Positions 57,589 through 64,000 of a stretch of DNA of 64,000 bases are shown here, in pieces. This stretch comes from a virus. The position numbers were made by a program, and so were the translations under genes. Position 1 is the stretch's first letter; every line of letters begins with the position of its first letter. The DNA is taken from the IMG/VR virus record IMGVR_UViG_3300027777_000028, positions 34,377 through 98,376 of that record; one strand, 5' to 3'. The notes beneath the pieces are model-generated. The model was not told where the DNA came from. It was given only the letters and a program-made list of their open reading frames with translations, and made no database searches.

Positions 57589-58008
57589 ATGTATAATGAA
57601 CTAAAAAGTATTTTCGAATATTTAGTTTCCGTAAGAAAATTAAAAACATATCTATCAATTGATATTGAATTTCCAATTAGTTGGAAGATACCAAAAAGAT
57701 TTGTCCAAGAAGATAAAATTGTTGAAAATCAAAAAGTCACTGAAAACACTAGATTTTTTTCATTTGTGTGTGAATTTGATGAAAAAGTATTGAACACTAC
57801 TGTTGAAAATATTAAAAATATCATTCATTACAATAAAGAAATTGAAATGAAAGAAAGACTTTTGAAACAAAAAATTGATGAACTCAAAAAAATATTTGAA
57901 AAAGAAAATCTTGAAAATTTACAATTATTAAAATTTGATATTTTAGAACAAGAAGAAAAATTAGAAGATGGAGAAGAAATTGTCGACACGAGGAGAACAA
58001 TCGATTAA
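57589..58008 (+). CDS. Hypothetical protein
   Basis: Collinear ORF. Confidence 0.7.
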   Translation: MYNELKSIFEYLVSVRKLKTYLSIDIEFPISWKIPKRFVQEDKIVENQKVTENTRFFSFVCEFDEKVLNTTVENIKNIIHYNKEIEMKERLLKQKIDELKKIFEKENLENLQLLKFDILEQEEKLEDGEEIVDTRRTID

Positions 58009-58168
58009 TTGGCTTAAAAGTGAGCTTGAAAAAGATAGAATTGAACTTGAAAACGAAAAGAAAAAATTAATTGAGTCAATTAAAGATCTTAAAAAAGAAA
58101 ACATAGTTAAACAAAAAGAAAGATTGACTTTATGGAAGAGAATAAAAAAAGTAATGATGGGGTCTTAG
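57968..58168 (+). CDS. Hypothetical coiled-coil protein
   Basis: Overlaps both neighbours on the same strand. Confidence 0.55.
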   Translation: MEKKLSTRGEQSINWLKSELEKDRIELENEKKKLIESIKDLKKENIVKQKERLTLWKRIKKVMMGS

Positions 58169-58467
58169 AAAATCTAGCTCTTATTACTGACGGACTCCAA
58201 ACACTTTTTCCTGACGGAAAAGTTATATGTGTTTACGAACTAAATAGGGTTGATTTCAAAAAAGTCCAAGATAATTTTAGAAAAATAGACAATCAGTTTA
58301 AAAAATTCTCTGTTGATATTTCTGGAGTTGAACATGTCTTTATTGACGAAGAGATTTCAAATGAATTGACTAAAGAAATTATTCCCCCCATTGAACCTGT
58401 TAAAAAATTAACATTAAAAGATAAGTTATTATCTTGGTTTAAAGGTGGTAGATCTTCTGTAAAGTAG
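58132..58467 (+). CDS. Hypothetical protein
   Basis: Collinear ORF. Confidence 0.65.
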   Translation: MEENKKSNDGVLENLALITDGLQTLFPDGKVICVYELNRVDFKKVQDNFRKIDNQFKKFSVDISGVEHVFIDEEISNELTKEIIPPIEPVKKLTLKDKLLSWFKGGRSSVK

Positions 58468-59067
58468 TTGTTTATCAATTCCCATCTTTGATAAAATATC
58501 ATACAAATATTTTTTTTGTTCTTTTGATGCGTCAATAACAAATATTGAATCAATTCTATTTTCCATAAAAAAGTAATCGTTTAACGATTCTAAAAACCTT
58601 TTTGATTCATATTCATTTTTCAAAGAAAATAAATTAACCTTATCATCATTTTGGACCACAATTTTATTATTTAATCTTGACAGGAGTTTTATTGAAGTTT
58701 TTGGTAAATATTTTTTAATAAACTCTTTTATTGTGATTTTTTTGTTTTCTGAAATATCAAAAACCAACTCTTCAACTTTATAATTTGAAACATTAATTAT
58801 TTTATATTCGGGATCATCTGTTTCAATTTTTACTTGTCTACCTAAATTATCTCTAACATATAGGTTATCAAAATTGGAATCTTTTTTTTGAAGTAAACAT
58901 AGTTCAAAATTACAATCGTTTGCGTTTTCCACTTGTTTTTCAAATAAAACATTTTTGTTTTCTTCTATTTTTTTATTGAAAAAATCTTGTGCTCGATCGA
59001 AAGTCTTAAACTTATTTATTATTTTTTTTCTTTCCTTATTTTTAAACAATACTACAATATAGTTCAT
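58429..59067 (-). CDS. Hypothetical protein (212 aa)
   Basis: Long minus-strand ORF with a matching switch to T-rich plus-strand sequence. Confidence 0.75.
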   Translation of the reverse strand: MNYIVVLFKNKERKKIINKFKTFDRAQDFFNKKIEENKNVLFEKQVENANDCNFELCLLQKKDSNFDNLYVRDNLGRQVKIETDDPEYKIINVSNYKVEELVFDISENKKITIKEFIKKYLPKTSIKLLSRLNNKIVVQNDDKVNLFSLKNEYESKRFLESLNDYFFMENRIDSIFVIDASKEQKKYLYDILSKMGIDKQLLYRRSTTFKPR

Positions 59068-59097
59068 ATTACCAATAATAATATTATATCTTAATAA

Positions 59098-60021
59098 ATG
59101 AATAATGAGAATTTTTATGATGTTTTGGGTTTAGATGAAACCGCAACTCAAGAAGAAATTAAAAAAAAATATAGAAAATTAGCGAAAGAAAATCATCCTG
59201 ATGCCGGCGGGAATGAGGAGTCGTTCAAAAAGATTTCAACCGCCTATGATATTTTGGGTGACGATCAGAAAAGAAAACAATACGACAATCAAAGAAAAAA
59301 TCCATTTGGGGGTAGTTTTAATATGAATGAGATGTTTAATAATGTTTTTAACCAAAGAACAAAAACACAACAAAGACCAACTCATACATCAAACATTACC
59401 ATTAATATTGGGACATTAAATTCTTTTAATGGTGGAAAACATACCTTAACATATAAAAGACAAGTTGTGTGTGATCCATGCAATGGTTCAGGTGGGGATA
59501 AAAAGACATGTCAAACTTGTGGTGGATCAGGAAATGTTGTAAAACAAGTTGGTTCAGGAATGTTTGTTCAATTAATACAAATGGCCTGTGATGGTTGTCA
59601 CGGTACTGGTTCATTTTTAATTAATCCATGTTTTATGTGTGGTGGTGCTGGATCCAAACCGGAGATGAAAATTTTGGATATTTCATTACCACATGGAATT
59701 GATAACGGACAATTTTTAAGACTTCAAGGGATGGGGGATTTTAGAAATGGTATATATGGTGATTTGGTTGTTAGAATTGATCTTAAACCACAAAATGGGT
59801 TTAATAAAGTGGATAACCATCTTATTTATGATGCATACTTCAACTTGGAAGATTTAAAAATGGGAAATATCACAATTCCTCATCCAGAGGGGACATTAAA
59901 CATTAAATTACCAAAACATATTGATACATCAAAACCCTTAAGAGTTAAGTCCAAAGGGTTCAAATTAGACACAGTTGGTGACCTAATTGTTAATCAGTTT
60001 GTTAAATTTGACAGAGATTAA
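59098..60021 (+). CDS. dnaJ: DnaJ chaperone (J domain, Zn finger, C-terminal domain)
   Basis: FYDVLGL...HPD...AYDILGD and four CxxCxGxG repeats. Confidence 0.93.
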   Translation: MNNENFYDVLGLDETATQEEIKKKYRKLAKENHPDAGGNEESFKKISTAYDILGDDQKRKQYDNQRKNPFGGSFNMNEMFNNVFNQRTKTQQRPTHTSNITINIGTLNSFNGGKHTLTYKRQVVCDPCNGSGGDKKTCQTCGGSGNVVKQVGSGMFVQLIQMACDGCHGTGSFLINPCFMCGGAGSKPEMKILDISLPHGIDNGQFLRLQGMGDFRNGIYGDLVVRIDLKPQNGFNKVDNHLIYDAYFNLEDLKMGNITIPHPEGTLNIKLPKHIDTSKPLRVKSKGFKLDTVGDLIVNQFVKFDRD

Positions 60022-60179
60022 AAAATATTAATAAAATCTTTAATTGCTGAAACTAATCCATAGATTGCGAAAAAAGTAAAAATACCACCAAATACTAAAA
60101 CAAATGTTTGGGTATTTTTAACTTGTCTACTATCTTCACAAGCTTTACACTTAACTTCTGTTGCTTTTTGTTCTTCCAT
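60018..60179 (-). CDS. 53-aa CxxC plus single-TM protein, not in the ORF track
   Basis: [53 protein letters not shown]. Confidence 0.6.
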   Translation of the reverse strand: MEEQKATEVKCKACEDSRQVKNTQTFVLVFGGIFTFFAIYGLVSAIKDFINIF

Positions 60180-60203
60180 ACCTATAATTTAATTACTATT
60201 CAG

Positions 60204-60232
60204 TTGAAAATAAATAATAAAAAAACTATAAT
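60204..60232 (+). promoter_or_regulatory. sigma70-type promoter, probably giving a leaderless mRNA
   Basis: TTGAAA-N17-TATAAT; ATG 60239 starts 6 nt after the -10 box. Confidence 0.65.
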
Positions 60233-60238
60233 TATATC

Positions 60239-61078
60239 ATGTTGAGCTATATCGGGGGTAAGAGTAAAATTGGCAAATGGATTGTTCCATTTTACGATAA
60301 AAATATGGAGGTCTATTTAGAGACCTTTGGGGGAATGTTTTGGTGTTTCTACAATATGGATCTAAAACAATTTCCCAATTTAAATAAAGTTGTTTATAAC
60401 GACTTTAACCCACTAAATTATAATTTATTCAAGTGTGTTCAAAACCCAACTGAATTGTTAAGGGCGATAAACTCAATTGATTGTCAAAAACAAGGTGTGG
60501 ATCTTACACCTGAAATATACAAACAACAATTTATCAGCTTTCAGGCTGAAGTTTTTAATGAAGGTTTCAGCGTAGAACCTGGCGATTATGAAGTGGCGGC
60601 CAAATACGTTTATATTCTAACACAAGTTTTTAGTGGATCAAAACCTGAAACATCTAACTTTATTGACCTTAAAGGAAAATACAAATCAAAATACCTTACA
60701 TTTAGAGATAAGTTATCTAAACCTGATTGGGTTGATCACTTTTTAAAGATCACTGATGTTGAAAATATGGATTTTTCTGATGTAATCAATAAGTATGACT
60801 CACCATCAACTTACATTTATTTAGATCCACCGTATTGGAAAACAGAGAATTATTACTCCAACCACGACTTTGACCGACAAGATCACGAGAGGTTGGCAAA
60901 TGTATTACACGGAGTTAAAGGTAAGTTTTCATTATCATATTACGACTTTGAATTACTACACGAATGGTTTCCTGAAGACCAATACACTTGGGTTAAAAAA
61001 GAGTTTGCAAAAGCCGCTTCCGCTAAAAAAGGTGAGAAACAAAATATGGGTGAGGAAATATTGATAATGAACTATTAA
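60239..61078 (+). CDS. Orphan Dam/D12-class DNA adenine methyltransferase
   Basis: YIGGKSK, YLETFGG, VYNDFN, YLDPPY, EILIMNY. Confidence 0.9.
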   Translation: MLSYIGGKSKIGKWIVPFYDKNMEVYLETFGGMFWCFYNMDLKQFPNLNKVVYNDFNPLNYNLFKCVQNPTELLRAINSIDCQKQGVDLTPEIYKQQFISFQAEVFNEGFSVEPGDYEVAAKYVYILTQVFSGSKPETSNFIDLKGKYKSKYLTFRDKLSKPDWVDHFLKITDVENMDFSDVINKYDSPSTYIYLDPPYWKTENYYSNHDFDRQDHERLANVLHGVKGKFSLSYYDFELLHEWFPEDQYTWVKKEFAKAASAKKGEKQNMGEEILIMNY

Positions 61079-61117
61079 TTTTTTATACTTGTCTAATATT
61101 TATTATAAAATTATATT

Positions 61118-62500
61118 ATGTCGTTAAGATTTACAAACATTTTAAGAGATTTAATCGTTGAAAGTTCAAGATTTCAAGTATTATTCGATAAGTTCGTTAA
61201 ACCAAAAGAAAAAGGTCAAAGAGGTATAATGCCATTTGAAACTTTATTTGCTCTTATTGCTGCTGACCCAACCACAAAAATTCCTGAAGGGATGAATGTT
61301 GATACTGCTAAACCTGAACAAATGGAGAAGGTTAAAATCGGAAAATATGCTCAGTGGTTATTAAAAAACTTTGTTACACCTAAATTGGAGCCAAACCATC
61401 CTTTGATGGTATTAGATCCACAATCAGGTCAGTATAAATCGGCACTTAGAGAATTCCAAAATTTGTTTATGGAAGATTTATATAAGGTGACAACAAACCT
61501 TCAAAAGTTTGAAAGATTCAAAAATAGATTACCTCAAGAGTTTAGAGATATTAATAAACTAACTCCTGAGACTTTATATGATCAAGTTAAAGATTTCAGT
61601 TTAGAAAAAACTAAAGCGACTGCGGCTGAGAAAAAAGAAGCTTCTCAGACATATGCTCACCCTGGTGCTGAAATCGTTTATAGAGGTCAAGATTGGACGG
61701 TAGCTAAAATATCTGATAAAGGACCATTAGGTAAGGAAGCGGCTTGTTTCTACGGTGGATCACATAATGAGGCAAGAAGAGGTGAAACTAATTGGTGTAC
61801 GTCTTCACCTGGACTTCAGTGGTTTGATAGGTATATTGGTAAAGGACCTTTATATGTTGTAATTCCAAACACACCATCATCATTCAAAACATATGGTAAA
61901 GAAACTGGTGAAGTTTCGGGACTTCCAGCAAATCGTTATCAATTCCATTTCCCTGATAATCAATTTATGGATGCTGATGACAGACAAATTAATTTAATTG
62001 AATTCTTAAATACAAATGAGGAAGGATTGAAACAATTCTTTAAACCTGAGTTTATGAAGTCATTGGCAGGAGATAAAGGTGAAAAAGTTGTTATTGATTA
62101 TCCAAGTGATTCAGCATCTAAGTTTATCGCACTTTACGGATTTGATGAGTTCTTTGCAACTTTACCGGCAACTCTTAAACGACTTACATTTAAAAATACA
62201 TCAAGAGATAAAATATCTTTAAATATTCCTAACGACATTGGAAGATTCAAACAACTAAACGCAATTAATTTCGTTGGATGTGTTGCATCTATACCTGAGG
62301 CGATCTGTAGTTTAGAAAACCTACAATATTTATCGTTAGTTAATAACCCAGATTTACAAATGTTACCTGATTGTATTGGAAATATGCCAAACCTAATGGT
62401 TATTAACTTGGGTGGATCTGATGCTAAAAGAGTATTACCACAATCGGTATTCAACAGGGCTGAGGAAGACGAAGACTTCAACTTATTTACACACGGATAA
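61118..62500 (+). CDS. Protein with a conserved YGG...TNWCTS domain and C-terminal leucine-rich repeats
   Basis: IPNDIGRFKQLNAINF, IPEAICSLENLQYLSLVNN, LQMLPDCIGNMPNLMVINL. Confidence 0.75.
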   Translation: MSLRFTNILRDLIVESSRFQVLFDKFVKPKEKGQRGIMPFETLFALIAADPTTKIPEGMNVDTAKPEQMEKVKIGKYAQWLLKNFVTPKLEPNHPLMVLDPQSGQYKSALREFQNLFMEDLYKVTTNLQKFERFKNRLPQEFRDINKLTPETLYDQVKDFSLEKTKATAAEKKEASQTYAHPGAEIVYRGQDWTVAKISDKGPLGKEAACFYGGSHNEARRGETNWCTSSPGLQWFDRYIGKGPLYVVIPNTPSSFKTYGKETGEVSGLPANRYQFHFPDNQFMDADDRQINLIEFLNTNEEGLKQFFKPEFMKSLAGDKGEKVVIDYPSDSASKFIALYGFDEFFATLPATLKRLTFKNTSRDKISLNIPNDIGRFKQLNAINFVGCVASIPEAICSLENLQYLSLVNNPDLQMLPDCIGNMPNLMVINLGGSDAKRVLPQSVFNRAEEDEDFNLFTHG

Positions 62501-62520
62501 AATACTAATTAATACAAATA

Positions 62521-62552
62521 AAAAAACCCACCTTTAAAGTGGGTTTTATTTT
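62521..62552. terminator. Bidirectional intrinsic terminator
   Basis: AAAAAACCCAC-CTTTAAA-GTGGGTTTTATTTT between convergent genes. Confidence 0.8.
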
Positions 62553-63204
62553 ATCCAACAACACCAACCAATCCATCCAGGTGATGGTCACCTGACATAT
62601 CTGACCCTACAGGTCTTTTATTCATCATTTTAATGATATCATCAATACTATACGGGTCCATACCGTTTCCGTCAACACCCACATCCATTCTTCTACCATT
62701 ACCAAATTTTCTATTTTCCGGTAAATGTACGTGACCGTGAAGATGGATTACACCTTTGTTAAGTCCGTGCCAACTTTGGAGTGGATAATGACACATTACA
62801 AAACTCGCATCATTTATTTTAACCTCCAGGTAATGGTTTATACTTAAGAATCTACTCTGAATATTTCCTCGGTTGTTTTCAATGTGGTGATCGTGATTTC
62901 CAAGAATAAGGTGAATGTTTTTACATACCAATCTGTCAAGGAATATTCCAATGTTTTCAAACCCCCCAAAAGAAACGTCACCCAACATAATTAAAGTATC
63001 ATCTTGTCCAACAAAGTGGTTTATACCATCAATCAAACGTTCATTCATTTGTTCAATAGTTTGAAAGTCACGAGTGGAATCTACCGGTACTTTACCATCT
63101 TGTGTTCTCCAATTGGTAGTTCCTCTTACAATATTTTTGTGACCAAAGTGAGTATCTGAGGTAATCCAAACTTTTCCTGTTGTCAATAATTTTTTAAAAC
63201 TCAT
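62551..63204 (-). CDS. Calcineurin-like metallophosphoesterase
   Basis: TSDTHFGH, LGDV, LGNHD, MCHYP, LHGHVH, DVGVD. Confidence 0.9.
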   Translation of the reverse strand: MSFKKLLTTGKVWITSDTHFGHKNIVRGTTNWRTQDGKVPVDSTRDFQTIEQMNERLIDGINHFVGQDDTLIMLGDVSFGGFENIGIFLDRLVCKNIHLILGNHDHHIENNRGNIQSRFLSINHYLEVKINDASFVMCHYPLQSWHGLNKGVIHLHGHVHLPENRKFGNGRRMDVGVDGNGMDPYSIDDIIKMMNKRPVGSDMSGDHHLDGLVGVVG

Positions 63205-63590
63205 AATTTTATACTAAATCTATCTTTCATCATTTGTAATTTATCTTCCGGAACTCCGTGTTGGTTTACTCCTCCGTGTCTATTTTCTACAATAATTGTA
63301 AAAACTTTATATCCATTTTCTTCGGCTAATTTGAAATAAGTCTCCATTTCCCACTCTTGAGTAAATGTGTTTGAAACAACAATTTTTGGTTCATCGTCAA
63401 CCATCGCTTTTTGTGTTTGAATCATACACCAATTGTGTGCTAATTTAATTTTTGATCCATCAAATTTATATTCACCGTTCCCATCTATGAAAAACATATC
63501 CGCTTCATAGTGTTGCCCACCCAAAGTTTTTGCAAATGTAGACTTACCAGATCCAGGAATTCCACGAACTATATATAATATTTTTTCCAT
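63201..63590 (-). CDS. P-loop kinase (AAA_33 / polynucleotide kinase-like)
   Basis: RGIPGSGKSTFA, EAD, VVSNTFTQEWE, HGVP. Confidence 0.85.
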   Translation of the reverse strand: MEKILYIVRGIPGSGKSTFAKTLGGQHYEADMFFIDGNGEYKFDGSKIKLAHNWCMIQTQKAMVDDEPKIVVSNTFTQEWEMETYFKLAEENGYKVFTIIVENRHGGVNQHGVPEDKLQMMKDRFSIKL

Positions 63591-63594
63591 AAGA

Positions 63595-63602
63595 CAAATA
63601 TA
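63595..63602 (-). promoter_or_regulatory. Bacteroidota-type -7 element
   Basis: TATATTTG-TCTT-ATG on the minus strand, the same geometry as TAGTTTTG-TCTT-ATG at 46516. Confidence 0.55.
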
Positions 63603-63631
63603 ATAAGAAATTTAATAATATTTATCAATAT

Positions 63632-64000
63632 ATGAAAATCATTGTAACCCAACATCAACTTGATTTAATAAACGAAACTTATAGAAGGGATCGTTTTGAT
63701 GCTGAATATGAAGACGAATATCCGAAGTATAAGAAGTTGTTTTTAAAGACCATTTCTAAAGATGTTAAAGGTTGGGGTGAATGGCCAGGATCGGTTTATC
63801 TAATGAACGAAAACGGAGAACCTTTATTTGTATATAGAATACCATCAAAAACCGTGTATTACGATTATTCAATAGACCGTGAGATGGAAGAACACATTCC
63901 TTCACACATCATATCAAGGCACTTGAAAAATGCGGTTTACGATTATTTTAAAGGGTTGTTTCCTGATCTTGACATAAAAGAGGTTAATGGGGCTAATATT
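63632..64000 (+). CDS. Hypothetical protein, 3'-truncated, putative head-associated
   Basis: MKIIVTQHQLDLINE..., open to the window end; TATTTAT at 63619. Confidence 0.7.
   Translation, partial: MKIIVTQHQLDLINETYRRDRFDAEYEDEYPKYKKLFLKTISKDVKGWGEWPGSVYLMNENGEPLFVYRIPSKTVYYDYSIDREMEEHIPSHIISRHLKNAVYDYFKGLFPDLDIKEVNGANI

Noticed and set aside
1-64000. Alternative genetic code (stop-codon reassignment)
   Set aside because: Standard-code ORFs tile the window densely, and TAG and TGA end genes at sensible positions (e.g. 2433, 5178, 6210, 30301).
1-64000. CRISPR array, tRNA or rRNA genes, integrase/transposase, reverse transcriptase/DGR
   Set aside because: No spaced direct repeats, cloverleaf/T-loop signatures or relevant protein motifs were seen by eye; tRNAscan was not run.

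Overview
AT-rich (about 30% GC by eye), densely coding, mostly plus-strand segment of a large contractile-tailed dsDNA phage, read with the standard genetic code. The host is probably a Bacteroidota member: there are TAnnTTTG promoters, almost no Shine-Dalgarno sites, a Bacteroidota-type sigma70, SprB repeats and an Hc1-like protein. From left to right the window holds: the end of a baseplate-hub-like gene; a T4-like replication block (gp32-like SSB, RecA/UvsX, 5'-3' exonuclease, DnaB-type helicase, class II RNR); a 26 kb baseplate/tail-appendage block (11.1-37.6 kb) of Thr/Ser/Gly/Cys-rich proteins; RuvC-like resolvase, primase, exonuclease and a split SbcCD; an HNH homing element; a nuclease/methylase cassette; a sigma factor; a putative structured ncRNA; a lysis-like cluster; acidic putative head proteins; DnaJ; a Dam-like methylase; an LRR protein; and a kinase/phosphoesterase pair. 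The best candidate for an undescribed system is virion protein O-glycosylation. A cytoplasmic glycosyltransferase carrying motifs of plant peptidyl-Ser galactosyltransferase / Hyp-arabinosyltransferase enzymes (GT96/GT95) sits among tail genes that carry extensin-like PT/PS repeats and a pervasive [ST]-[GA]-x-T motif. Other strong leads are a roughly 200-nt independently promoted RNA with tandem pseudoknots, an HNH element that appears to rebuild the 5' end of the gene it disrupts, three promoter classes, and a shared putative capsid-targeting motif. All family assignments come from motif recognition by eye; no searches were run.
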